The notes under the pieces: generated by a model
What the model was told of the DNA's origin: nothing
The model's input: only the letters and a program-made list of their open reading frames with translations
Database searches by the model: none
In this document: in pieces, positions 13,251-25,524 of the stretch
Position numbering within the stretch: position 1 is the stretch's first letter
Layout: the number at the start of each line of letters is the position of its first letter
Made by a program: the position numbers and the translations under genes
Assembly: GCF_006345805.1 (NCBI RefSeq)
Contig: NW_021835466.1
Location: forward strand, 5,509-69,508
Direction of reading: 5' to 3'
Source of the DNA: Octopus sinensis
Lineage: Eukaryota
Length of the DNA stretch: 64,000 nt

Positions 13251-13361
13251 GTATATATATATGTATATATATATATATATATGTATATATATAATGTATA
13301 TATATATGTATATATATATGTATATATATATGTATATATATGTATATATATATATATGTAT

Positions 13362-13417
<56 letters not shown>

Positions 13418-13564
13418 ATATATGTATATATGTATATATATATGTATTATATATATGTATATACATATATGTATATATATATGTATATATTTATGTATAT
13501 ATATATGTATATATTATATATGTATATATTATATATATATATATGATATATATATATATATATA

Positions 13565-13654
<90 letters not shown>

Positions 13655-13690
13655 CACGCACACTCTCTCTCTCTCACACACACACACACG
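13071..13690. repeat. Long (TA)n/(TATG)n microsatellite
   Basis: About 600 bp of interrupted TA repeats. Confidence 0.95.
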
Positions 13691-15143
13691 TATATATGTG
13701 TGTATTATCTTGTATTCTATCATATGGCTTTAAAACATATTTTCTAATGTAGTCTGAGATACGACGTTTGCTTAAGCGGAGTCTCGTAGAGTTCATATAA
13801 AAGTCAATAAATAAAGAGCTGTATGAATTAAAATTCTCCTATGTTATAATAAGTAAAAATACGTTAGTCTTATACACACGCTTCGACACAGGCTTTTATG
13901 TGCATAAGTACAAACAAATATACACACATACGCACACTGATACACATAGTACAATGACCGCGCTGAGGTACACTGATATTAAAGTCAAATGTTTCTTAAG
14001 CGATTGAATTCTAATAAATCACCATCCAATAAAATTCCCGTTATTTACTTATGATAAGTAAACATCTCAACAAGTCTATCCAGACATATACTCATTCAAA
14101 CATATATACCCACCCGTACACACCAACGCACATATCTATTTTCTAACTGAAAACAGATATGTGTATCTAAGCGTGCGTGTGTGAGAGTGGTGGTGCGGAT
14201 TCTTCGTTTTTTGTGTATCGGTGTGAAAGTGAGTGTATCTATGACTATAAAGTGAGTGTGTCTATGACTATAAAGTGAGTGCTTAAAGACAGTCGGACAC
14301 CAAGAACGTTAAATATACAAAACAAATATATACGAAATTAAAACCAACTTCGCCATCTGACTTTTCAATATCCAAGCTTGAATACAATCAATTAAACGAA
14401 AGTACAGTGTATATATTAGTCTGAACACGTAACATGATTTACATCCTCATGTCTCCGCTATACGTTATGTTTATTTTATTCATTCTAGTTGTTGTTATAG
14501 TTCTAGATTAATCATAAACCAACTGCTTCATATCTGTAATTCAAATACCGTATATTCTCAAGTCAAATAAATTTGGTAAAGAAAGCAAATTTATGAAATT
14601 TAAGAAAACTTGTCTGGTTCTGTGAGTTAACAAGTGTTAATGAATAACTCGGAGGAAATGAAATGTGTTCATTTTGATAAGAAGTTTATAGTTTAATTAC
14701 ACATTTACTAACTCAATTTATCCCCCATTCGTTCTTCATTTATTTACTTTTTTGTGGGTTTGGATGAAGTTGATCTTTATTGTATATAATTCCAAATGTT
14801 TAATTCCTTTTATCATTTAAATAGTTTAATTCATTCGAGTGAAAATATTTTAGTGCTGAGACCTCAAGAATTTAGATAAATATATTGTATAAATTAGTTC
14901 TCCATGTGGGCTTCCTGAGGCACCTATCTAGCGGACTCATTAGCACGTCTGAGCTAGCTTTCGATTTTTACTTTTGATTTATGTCCTTAGTTTAAATTTC
15001 CGCGGGATCAATTATGTTCTTCTTTTTCTGCGTCAACAACATAAGTATCACATGAGTGCTATGTAATTTTGGGGGTATTGTTCAGCAGAAAGGGAAACAA
15101 GATGACATTTGCGGGATGATATGTATTCTGAGATACTGCTAAT

Positions 15144-15589
15144 ATGATGGATCTGTGAGTGATCAGTAACGGGATAGATGTCTCACCTTTCTCACAGGAC
15201 TTTAAACTCTATGTTGTTTAATACACACAGGTGTTATAGAACGATGTGAGGGACTTGAGAGGCGGAGTATGCAACGGAAGGCCAGACACCTTCCAAGACG
15301 TCTGTACCGTCACACAAGGCAATAAAAGCAAAAGTTTGATGAATGTCAATCTCCCTGATTTTATTCTCCCAGAACCACGGCCTCCTGGCTGACCATACCT
15401 CAATCTACTGGACAATTACGTATTGGGAGTGGCCGCGAGAAAGATCAATCAGCAACCTATAACACCATACAATCTCTGAAGTCCGCAATAACGAACACTA
15501 TATCGAAAAATCAAGTGATTCGGGAATATCAACGCTTCGAAACCCGGACTAAAGCAGACATCGATACTAACGGTGGATTGATCAATTAG
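15144..15589 (+). pseudogene. Tc1/mariner-superfamily (maT/DD37D-like) transposase C-terminal remnant
   Basis: MMDL*VISNGIDV...GRPDTFQD...NLPDFILPEPRPPG*PYLNLLDNYVLGV...NTIQSLKSAI...RFETRTKADIDTNGGLIN*, collinear with VMVxGxVS...GRPYVFQQD...PDFW...WPPSSPDLNPLDY..WG...GG.IE. Confidence 0.75.
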
Positions 15590-16875
15590 ATGTGAAAAAG
15601 GGATTCTCAAGTTTATGTGTTCCTATTTGCTGCAGCTTTTCTTTGATGATCTATGCCTCTTTAAATTCATGCAAATGACCTCAAAAGGCACACCTTGGCA
15701 ATATGATGAGGTTTTGTTTTCAGTTTCCGCCCAACAAATCCACTCACATGGCTTTGATAGAAAATGTTGAAGACCTTTTCTTTGAGCCACGTAAAGAAAC
15801 CGAACCAGAGACCAAATCGTTGTATAGCAATCACATTATCACACGGCCATGACTATGTGTATATTAATGTTCCTATGAACCCACAACACCTTTTAAAGAA
15901 TGTTCCAGTGCTAAGTTATACCTATTTTCTGGAGAAATTGCAATGTAGATGTTATTGGAAAGTGGCCAAATAAAGTACAGATCGAACTGTTGACCATGTG
16001 TTCAAATATTCCCTCAGCACTTATGCAATTAACATAGTTGCCGAATTAGCGATGGCGGAGGTTGTAGTTTTGGTTGGTGCAGGTTGTAGTATGGTGAAAC
16101 CCATGATTCATTTTATAACACTGTTTTTCCGTCATCGCATAATTACTTCTAGTTAGCATATATAATGCCGAGATCATTAAATATGATAATACTAAGTTAA
16201 GTATTGATTTTTCTCCGAGCGGATAACTCTCTGAATTATTAACTTCCTAATCATTTTTTTCTACATTTACGCAAATAAAATCTTGAATATTTACTTCGTA
16301 GTTCTTTCAAATCTTTTTCAGTAGGTGAGCGATGAAGTTATCTTTTTTTCTTTCTCTAGCTTGAATAAGGCAAAACATGTCTGGAGTTATCTTCCGTTCT
16401 TAGAATAATATTAAATGGATATACAAGAAAAAGAATTGCTTTGATATAATGCAATTTCTGGCGGATTAATCTTTTATAGACAATGTTTTTTATTGGTTCG
16501 CGAATTAAATACGCTGAAACTAAATTTAATAGGTTTTAAAAATGACTCAGAGGCAAAAAGAGCTTTTCAAGACAATTCTATTAAGTTAATGCCTGTATGT
16601 TTAATTTAATTCTCATACGAATACGAAATGCAAATAATTGTGTTGCATGGAAGTGACGGTATTCAGTAAATGACTAACAATATTTTTATGTTCCAGTAAC
16701 AACTGGAATCAGTTGAATTGATGTTTAGGTTTCATGAGGCATCCTAGTCGAAAGAAATAATCATTATATACAGCATTATAGTTGGAAGCATAAGGAACAG
16801 GAGTTTGTATATTGAACCAAAACGGGAGTATAACAGTAACATGATTTACAAATGTTACATTCAGACAAGTGATTT

Positions 16876-16916
<41 letters not shown>

Positions 16917-16918
<2 letters not shown>

Positions 16919-17110
16919 AAGGGAAAGTTTAAGAAAATAAACAAAAACGAAGGCAAGTGGTGTGCAAACAAACAGATGTATTAGTATAGCGCTCAGAAAT
17001 AGAAAAAGTATTTTACGTTTCGAGCCTAGGCTCTTCTACAGAAAGGGACACAGAAAAAAGCAAGGAGAGAAACAAGGAGAGAAAAAATGTCTGTAGTGGC
17101 TAATGATCTA
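16917..17110 (-). mobile_element. (TA)n-adjacent Penelope-like short cassette with variant hammerhead (17011-17044)
   Basis: Minus strand: CTGTAGA-a-gagc-ctag-gctc-GAAA-cg-TA. Related sequence at 44890-45010, 39215-39415 and 56670-56755. Confidence 0.55.
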
Positions 17111-17154
17111 TCATGGTGATATATATCCACAAGGACAACATAATTTTAACATAT

Positions 17155-17525
17155 GGAGTCGCTTACGAACCACATCGTTCCGGGTTCAGTCCCACTGCGT
17201 GGAAGCTTGGACAAGTGCCTCCTTCTATTGCCACGGGCCGACCAAATCCTTGTAAGTGGATTTGGAAGACGGAAATTGACAGAAGCCTGTCGTATATATA
17301 TATGTATATATATATATATGTGTGTGTGTGTGTCTGTGTGTGTATGCGGGTGTGTATATGTTTCTGTATCTGTGTGTGTACCCCCAACATCGCTTGACAA
17401 CCGGTTCGTCAAAAGACACCGATAGAGTACGTACTAGGCTTACAAAGAAGTCCTGGGGTCGATTTGCTGGACTAAAGGCGGTGCTCCAGCATAGCCAAAG
17501 TCAACTGACTGAAACAATTAAAATA
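17155..17525 (+). mobile_element. SINE family A (internal deletion)
   Basis: Head, microsatellite and tail match the family. Confidence 0.85.
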
Positions 17526-18616
17526 GTAAAATAGTATAATTGCAAATAGTTAACCTAATTACTGTTTGCTAATTGTTTGCCATTATAAGTACAACGTGTG
17601 CTTTGAAAGAGACCGATGCTATATTAAGTTGCATTGTGGAAATTTGATGCCAGAATGGTTAACATTACACACTGTAGGTCTTTTACGATAGGTATGTGGC
17701 ATTTTTTCTTTTTTTTTTGTTTTAAGTGTAGAGAATGTGGTTTTTCCAAGAGCAATAACCATAGTAAATAAAATTATTTATATTCAACCAAAGCATGAAG
17801 AGAATCTTTCAAGTGTCAGCTGACATTTCGTTTTCGTTCTACCATACAATAGACCACATCAAAACTGTTTGTTTAATTTTAGGGAACTGACAATATGCTT
17901 CATGCGAGTAAAAATCGATTGATTCTAGGTTTTATTTCTCCCATTGGAACAAAGCCAATGCAAAACATTCATACGTTCCCAAAGAAGTTAATTAGCATCA
18001 TAAGTGATGTTAATTGGAATCAAGCAGGAATCGAAACAGTGCTGTGATATAAAGTGTAAAATAAAATAAAAAATTAAAATCACGAAATTCAATAGATTTC
18101 CCCTTAACACTACAAGCCTCGTCCCACTATTAGTAATATTGATTTCTTATCTGGTACCTACTTTTTCGATATCATAATTACGAGAACAACAAGAGGGCGA
18201 ATCAGACTTTTATATTGGAAATGTAAAGAGAAGTGAATAAGATTTTTTGAACAATTTACTCCGGTGATCCAACATTTGAGCAAAAACAACTAACATTTGA
18301 TAATGAATGCAACTAGCTTTGACTGACGCACGTATATGATCGAGTATAACAGACATAGTATATACACATAGTGCATATACATACATACTTATATAAACAT
18401 ACAAATGTATGTCCGTGTGTGTGTGTTTGTGTATGTATGTGTGTGTATCTGTGTGTGCATACATACACATATGTAAATGTAAATATATATGTATACACAC
18501 CAACCCACATACACACATATATATATATAGTGAGAGAGATTCAGATGAATATTGTACTTAAGTCAAAGGCACTAGAATTTGGTGTGGTATTATCCATATA
18601 AATCAAATGGGGTGAT

Positions 18617-18944
18617 TATAATCAAAATAAGCAACAAGGATATCCACATTAGAGTAGTACAATTGTTTCATGCTACTTCATTTTATCAAACACTGTAAGT
18701 ATTACATCAGTTTTAAAATGTCGAGCAATCTTCAGCCACTTATACAATTTTCCAATCAGACGGACAATGCACATTCTTATCCCTATTTCATTTGCCAACA
18801 TTATAACGAGAGTAGATATATATCTACCCTCCGTTTGATTGGAAAATTCTATAAGTGACTGAAGATTGTTCGACATTTTAAAACTGATGTTTTAAACAAG
18901 TGTACTACTCCACCTTGGATATACTCGTTGCTTATTTTGATTAT
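18617..18944. mobile_element. Fold-back MITE with long inverted arms, TA-flanked
   Basis: Inner arms 18704-18763 and 18831-18890 match 56/60. Outer arms tataatcaaaataagcaac...gagtagtac also pair. Confidence 0.75.
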
Positions 18945-19059
18945 ATATATATCTAAATAGTTATCGCCAAGCTAATATGGCAGTCCATAAAATATAGGAC
19001 GAAAGTTGCCGTATATATATATATATATATATAATATATATATATATTATATATATATA

Positions 19060-19372
19060 TATAAAACATTATTGGTGAATTGAAAAATGGAGTGAACGCA
19101 GATTGAACAGAAATCGTTTTATTTCATTCTACACGTGTTTCGAAAGGCACAAATTACCAAAATCCGATTGAATAATGGGACCATATTGTGTCTTTCTCTT
19201 CAGGAAGAAAAAAGGAAATCCGTTGGAAAAACAAAAACAGAACAGAGGCAGAGCAAAAAACAAATCGAACTGTGCTCCTAAGAGCCCATGGCGAAACTGT
19301 TTATCAGTGTATGTTGAGAACCGGTGGCTGAAGAATTCAACAGGTCAGGCATCGGTCAAACATCGGTCAAAC

Positions 19373-19377
<5 letters not shown>
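19060..19377 (-). mobile_element. (TA)n-flanked cassette carrying a hammerhead ribozyme
   Basis: Non-repetitive ~320 bp island between two (TA)n tracts, containing the ribozyme at 19121-19210. Confidence 0.6.
19121..19210 (-). ncRNA. Type I minimal hammerhead ribozyme, intact core
   Basis: Minus strand: tttcttc CUGAAGA gaaagacacaa[33-nt loop]ttgtgcctttc GAAA c-acgt-g UA^gaatgaaa. Stem II 10/11 bp closed by G-C; stem III 2 bp with palindromic ACGU loop; GUA triplet; predicted cleavage between 19130 and 19129. Confidence 0.75.
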
Positions 19378-19404
<27 letters not shown>

Positions 19405-19405
<1 letters not shown>

Positions 19406-19802
19406 CTCTTTTATTCTTTTACTTGTTTCAGTCATTTGACTGCGGCCATGCTGGAGCACCGCCTATAGTCGAGCAAATCGACCCCGGGACTTATTCTTTG
19501 TAAGCCCAGTACTTATTCTATCGGTCTCTTTTGCCGAACCGCTAAGTGACGGGGAGGTAAACACACCAGCATCGGTTGTCAAGCAATGCTAGGGGGACAA
19601 ACACAGACACGCAAACACACATATACATATATATATACATATATACGACGGGCTTCTTTCAGTTTCCGTCTACCAAATCCACTCACAAGGCATTGGTCGG
19701 CCCGGGGCTATAGTAGAAGACACGTGCCCAAGGTGCCACGCAGTGTGACTGAACCCGGAACCATGTGGTTGGTTAGCAAGCTACTTACCACACAGCCACT
19801 CC
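19405..19802 (-). mobile_element. SINE family A
   Basis: Near-consensus reverse copy. Confidence 0.9.
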
Positions 19803-19999
19803 ATATATATATATATATTTAGGCATAAAAATTATATATAAAGAAACAAGAACTTGAAATACACAAAGGGACGAACACAGAAAACAGGTCATTCGAAGCC
19901 TTTAATCTTCAGTCAGAAACCGGATCATCATAGCAAATTTCGGCTGACATACAAGCAGACAGACAGTTAGATACAAAAGACTTCACGTATCTATACATA

Positions 20000-20570
20000 T
20001 ACGAGGTCTGACCAATAAGTCGCCGGACAGTTGTCAGAATAACAGAACTAAAACACTAAGAGTGAAGTCGCTTGGCAAAGATTGACCTTTGAAGCTGCTG
20101 TGCATGCGCTGTCCGTTTTACGTACTGGCTCACTTCCGCTGTTTACATCAATGCTTGGAAGGAAGGTTGTAGCGTGCGATCGTCGCATTGACCATAGCAG
20201 AGAATGTTGCCATGGCGAAACCTGCTCGGATGCCTACGTAATGCTGGAGAACGTGTAGGGAGGGGAGTGTAAGAGCTGCACACAAGTGTACGAGTTGTAC
20301 AGACGTTTCCAAGACGGACGATAAAATGTTGACATTGGCGAACGTTCTGGAAGACCCGTAACCAGCAGAACTGAAAAATACATCGCAGGTGTGCTTGCAG
20401 CTGTGAAGAGAAATCGTCGAATTACCATCTGCGAGTTATCAGAGGATGTACATATTAATTACAATTCTGTTTAGTCCATTATCACTGAAGATTGGCGTAT
20501 GAGACGCGTGTCTGCCCAGTTTGTGCTAAAACTACTTTCAGCTGACCAAAGGGACACTCGGGTTTCGAGA
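20000..20570 (+). mobile_element. mariner transposon 5' half (TIR plus transposase N-terminus, degenerate)
   Basis: TA+CGAGGTCTGACCAATAAG terminus. Peptide QVYELYRRFQDGR...ERSGRPVTSRTEKYIAGV...NRRITICELSEDV...MRRVSAQFVLKLLSADQ. Confidence 0.8.
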
Positions 20571-20599
20571 ACGATGAAAACTTTTAGGAAATTGCGTTT

Positions 20600-20830
20600 G
20601 CCTGTGAGCAGGTATCGCCATGCTATTTGAAAAAATTTGATGCCTATTTTCTTATCAACATTCTCTGCCATGGTCAATGCACGATCATACGCTACAAACG
20701 TTGGTTTCAAGCACTGCTATAAATTGTGGAAGTAAGCTAGAATGTTAAAACTCAGTGCGTATGCACTGTTGTTGTTTTTAAGCAAAGTCATTATGCCAAA
20801 ATTATTAACACATGCACCGGTTCAATTTCT
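20600..20830 (-). mobile_element. Second, inverted 5' fragment of the same mariner family
   Basis: Minus strand gtagcgtatgatcgtgcattgaccatggcagagaatgttg matches plus-strand 20168-20210, then KIGIKFFQ. Confidence 0.65.
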
Positions 20831-21534
20831 CTCCTTTCTTCTTAGTCAATTGGTTAAAGATGCAACTAAATAATCGATTATCGATTATTAGTTTAACTTA
20901 GTTAAACAGGTCGTTCACATTTATCTGTTTTTCTTTCTATTTCTGAAACCAATCAAGGTTCTTTCTTGCTAATTGCAATCTCTTCAGTGACTTTTATTCG
21001 GTTACGGAGGCCGAGTTTGTTTCTCGGAGAATTTGTCGCGTACCACTGAGTGTGTGCCAATGTGCGCATGCGCTTGCATATTTGGGTATGTATGTATGTA
21101 TTTATGTATGCTTCTGCGTGTGTGTACTCCCTTGTGCTTGTGTCTGTATGTGTGTGTATTTCTGGCTTTGTGGACGGGTATGCTTGCGTGAGTTTGTGAG
21201 TGTGAGTTTATATGCGTGTGTGCAAGTGCGCCTGTTGTGCATGCATGTGTGTATAACTGTCTGCATATGCTAGGTATGTGTATGCCCTGTATGTATATAT
21301 GTGTGTGTGTGTTCGCGTGCATGTATGTGTGTGCCCGTGTGTGCCCGTGTGCGTAGTGTTTGTGTGTGTTTATCTGCATGTCTACCTATTTAATAATCTA
21401 TCTATCTACATACCTACCTAACAACCTAGTTATATATGTATAAATTTTCGTGGGATCGATAAGAGTATCCAACACAGGGATTTGTGATGTGTCTCATCAA
21501 TCTCGTTTGTGTAGTGATATGTGTGATGTCGCAA

Positions 21535-21775
21535 GGGGGCTAGCTGGTAGAAACGTTAGCACGCCGGGCGAAATGCTTAGCAGTATTTCGTTCTGAGTTC
21601 AAATTCCGCCGAGGTCGACTTAGCCTTTCATCGAAAAATACCTCAGGAATGAGAACCCAGGTTCGAAATTTCCCCAAGACACCTGATGATGGGTGGAAGG
21701 TAAATCAGCCGAACGGTTGTGTTAATAGCAAACAAGATGAGGACCAGTATCCGTCAAATGTAAATAATGTAAATG
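21535..21775 (+). mobile_element. SINE-B head fused to a Penelope-like tail with a degenerate hammerhead (21678-21723)
   Basis: gctggtagaaacgttagcacgccgggcg head, then gaaaaatacctcaggaatgag... gacac CTGATGA t gggtg..cagcc GAAC ggtt gtgtt. The start of this tail recurs at ~29541. Confidence 0.55.
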
Positions 21776-21849
21776 CAGTATCTGTGAATCAAATTTTACG
21801 ATTTTAAAAAAGAAAACTTAGTAAAACTGAAAGATAACGGTAATTAAGC

Positions 21850-22085
21850 AATGTTTACTTATTTATTTTATTTTTTATTTTATCTAGTTTCAGCTCACGA
21901 GCTGTGGCCATGCTGGGGCACCGCCATTTGGCGTTGCTACATGATTTTACTTCACGAATGCTTTTTAGCAATTGCCATTTGGTGCATGAGAGAGTTCGAT
22001 GCAGTTGCCCTCATCTGCACCTCCTGCCGTGAAGTTGGTTCATCTGGGACACCTGACAGGAGGAGATCCAGTTTTATGTGAAATA
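21850..22085 (-). mobile_element. 3' end of a non-LTR retrotransposon (ORF2 C-terminus plus 3'UTR)
   Basis: Peptide FHIKLDLLLSGVPDEPTSRQEVQMRATASNSLMHQ..*. 3'UTR ggcggtgccccagcatggccacag...ctgaaac followed by an A-rich tail. Confidence 0.65.
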
Positions 22086-22846
22086 TAGGTGAAGAAATAA
22101 TGTCTTGCTAGGCACATTAGAATACTCTCAAATAGAATACTCTCAAATGGTTTCAGAGAAGTCCATTAATAGATCTCATTTTTAATACAAACTGCAGATT
22201 GTGGAAATTGTAAAGATAATTTATGAATATATCGTATAATAGTTTCCATAATAAATTGTTTATTTTTTCCTTCATTTCTCAGGACGAAATTTTTATCATG
22301 ATAATTACTTCTTCAGGCAGAGGTTTCATTTAATCAAGAGGTACCGTAAGTAACGAGGAAAAAAATTATATATGAACAGAGAAAATATTAAGCAAAGAGA
22401 TGCCTATAAAAGTTATCACAGTTAATTAATCATTGCGCCAAATAAATATATACCTTAATTAATTTATTTCGCGATGGGGAACTTAGAGCATATTAATTCC
22501 TGTATTCCCTTTCCCACAATGTGTTCGTTGAAATCTATTGTTTCTCATCATACGTAATTTGTTATAATTTCTTTCGTGTTTCTCGAATTTTTTTTATGCA
22601 TCTCATTATTTCCTTGTCTATCTCACCTTCTACACACAAAGTTGCACACACAAGCATAAATGATATTGAAACATTCACAGCAGTATTGTCTCTCTGGAAC
22701 CCCGTGATATACATGTCTTCATGTATATAGGTCCGTATGTATGTATATATAAATGTACGTATGCATCTTTATACACACACATTCGCACAAACATATGAAT
22801 GTACATATTTATATATATGTATGTGTGTTTATACATATACTCATGT

Positions 22847-23228
22847 ACTAGTTTCAGTCATTTGACTGTGGCCATGCTGGAGCACCGCCTTTAGTCGAGC
22901 AAATCGACCCCAGGACTTATTCTTTCTAAACCTAGTACTTATTCTATCGGTCTCTTTGCCGAACCACCAAGTTACGGGGACGTAAATACACCAACATCGG
23001 TTGTCAAGGGATGTTGGGTGGGGGGACAAAAACAGAAACACAAACACGCATATATATACATATATATACATATATACGACGGGCTTCTTTCAGTTTCCGT
23101 CTACGAAATCCACTCACGAGGGTTTGGTCGGCACGAGGCTATAATAGAAGACACTTGCCCAAGGTGCCATGCGGTGGGACTGAACCCGGAACCATGTAGT
23201 TGGTAAGCAAGCTACTTCCCACACAGGC
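22847..23228 (-). mobile_element. SINE family A
   Basis: Reverse copy of the family. Confidence 0.9.
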
Positions 23229-23598
23229 ACACACACACAATATATACACATATGTGTATATATACAGACACACATATATATATACATATATGCATATATA
23301 CATATGTATGTGTGTGTGTGTCTGTGTCTGTGTGTGTGTGTGTGTGTCTGTGTGTGTGTGTCTGTTTTAAAAGTAAATCACGTAGATTCCAAACAGACTG
23401 CAACAGTGAGAAATATTGTCTGGTGAGTCTAATTAACAAAAACTTCCTTAACCGAATTGAAGATCTCTAGATTAAATTAGCGGTGAATATTTCAGTAATA
23501 AACAACTGAAAGTAATTAAGATGACACACAGGAGGACGATGTGGTTTTAATTATGAGTAAAATAATAACAAGTCTTCTCCTATATAAATACTAACTTG

Positions 23599-23993
23599 TG
23601 TGGAGGCGCAATGGCCCAGTGGACCAGTGGTTAGGGCAGCGGACTCGCGGTCATAGGATCGCGGTTTCGATTCCCAGACCGGGCGTCGTGAGTGTTTATT
23701 GAGCGAAAACACCTAAAAAGCTCCACGAGGCTCCAGCAGGGGATGGTGGTGATCCCTACTGTACTCTTTCACCACAACTTTCTCTCACTCTTACTTCCTG
23801 TTTCGGTTGTACCTGTATTTCAAAGGGCCGGCCTTGTCACTCTCTGTGTCACGCTGAATATCCCCGAGAACTACGTTAAGTGTGCACGTGTCTGTGGAGT
23901 GCTCAGCCACCTACACGTTAATTTCACGAGCAGGCTGTTCCGTTGATCGGATCAACCGGAACCTTCATCGTCGTAACCGACGGAGTGCTTCCA
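23599..23993 (+). mobile_element. SINE family C (tRNA-derived head, tail type 1)
   Basis: tggaggcgcaatggcccagtgg..ttagggcagcggactcgcggtcataggatcgcggtttcgattccc; homologues at 45493 and 50399. Confidence 0.9.
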
Positions 23994-24368
23994 TTCATTC
24001 CATCCACTAACCTGTAACGGGTAATATTAACATTGTATGAGAATTCCTATGATGTATGTCAGAGCTGCAGCAACTGTTGCTCGGAGGGTGTTAGCTAGGT
24101 GGTCGTCGTTTGAGCTGCTAAAAATAGCAGCTGCATATCCCCTCGAAAATGAAAGAAAGGCTACTAAATGTGTGTTTGTGTGTGTGAGTGGATGTGTGTG
24201 TATATTTGTGAATGTGTGTGTCTGTGTGTGAGTGCGCTCGTGTGCGTAGAGGTGCCTGTTGGATAATGTCTTTAATGTACACGCTATCTACAAAAAGACA
24301 AAGAAAGATGAAGAAGAATGTTTTTCGGATTAAAAATCAAAAGCGAATGCGGCTGTCAACGCTGCAGT

Positions 24369-24404
<36 letters not shown>

Positions 24405-24500
24405 CACTACTACCAACAACACCAACAACACCACCATCACCACCACTACTACTACAACAACTACTACTACTACTACTACAACTACTACTACTACTACTAC

Positions 24501-24531
<31 letters not shown>
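24369..24531. repeat. (CTA)n trinucleotide microsatellite with CAA/CAC interruptions
   Basis: Directly visible. Confidence 0.95.
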
Positions 24532-24532
<1 letters not shown>

Positions 24533-24594
24533 TATTTTGTAAATCATACTTTCATAAGTTGAGACTTTCAAACAGGAGGTATAAGGATATAGCA

Positions 24595-24810
24595 ATGCGA
24601 AGAACTAGCAGAATCGTTAGCGTGTCGTGGAAAATGCTTAGCGGCATTTTGTCCTTCTTTAAGCTCTGAGTTCAATTCCTGCCAATGCCGATTTTTTCTT
24701 TCATCCTCTCTGAATAGATGAAATAAGTACCAATTGATACCTGGGGGTTCATGTAATCAACTTACCCCCGCCTCGAAATTCCTAAGCTTACGCCAAAATT
24801 TGAAGCCAAT
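24595..24810 (+). mobile_element. Old SINE-B-type copy
   Basis: gcagaatcgttagcg...aaatgcttagcggcattt...ctgagttcaattcc. Confidence 0.65.
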
Positions 24811-25524
24811 ATCAAGAGACAGCGGAGATATAATTTTTGATGCAGAGGGAAGGAAACCAGCGTAAATTATTGCTGAGTTTTAACAAGATAAGAAACAAAA
24901 AAATATTATTAAATGTCGTTCGACTCTTAATAGCAATTCTTCCATGTTTACCTGAATATACTTCTGGCAGTATTCACTATCGACAAGATGGCCAAGTTCA
25001 ATTGATTCTATTCACAGCAGGTGTCTCCTGCTTAGGATCGCTTTTGTTCAAAAGAGTTCTCATTGTGATATAGGCAGTTTGTTCGCAACATTTTCAATGT
25101 CTCTTTCACAAAGACATGGAGAATGCTAAAAATTATTTAATGTTATATCTTACTCTATGATGAAAATCCTACAAGTTCAATCAGCTATAGTATTTTCGAT
25201 ACAAAAGAATTTAAAAAATGATCTGCGCTCAATAGATATGCACGAGAATATCTGTGTTTTCATTTATAGCTTTAAAGTTACACATCTATTCTAAAAGCAC
25301 ATCAGTTTTGTCATACTTCTTACGTTACACGGGCAAAGGTGAGATTTTGGGGGAAAGTATTTAAAATTCTCTTAAACTACCAAGGCTAAAGACTATATAT
25401 GCTACTCTATATTTCTTTATTATGATTATACAATCGTTACATAGAAGGACAAATACAGGACATACATGCAAAAAACAGTTAAGAGGTTCGATTAAAAATT
25501 TTCCATAACATTTGGATTATTCAT

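Noticed and set aside
13071-13752. Many long ORFs rich in I/Y/M/C/V/H/T (also 4.1-4.7, 33.4-34.3, 38.8-40.5, 48.0-48.3, 56.4-57.1 and 60.4-61.1 kb)
   Set aside because: They are translations of stop-poor (TA)n/(TG)n/(ATCT)n microsatellites, not genes.
19888-19915. Minus-strand CTGAAGA-ttaaaggcttc-GAAT next to (TA)n
   Set aside because: Register does not give both a core and a stem II; possibly a decayed relative but not supportable.
23599-23680. tRNA-like sequence (also heads of families A and B)
   Set aside because: It continues into SINE body and tail in every copy, with no complete cloverleaf or Pol III terminator at a tRNA 3' end.
24212-24562. Poly-Leu/poly-Tyr ORFs
   Set aside because: Product of a (CTA)n microsatellite.
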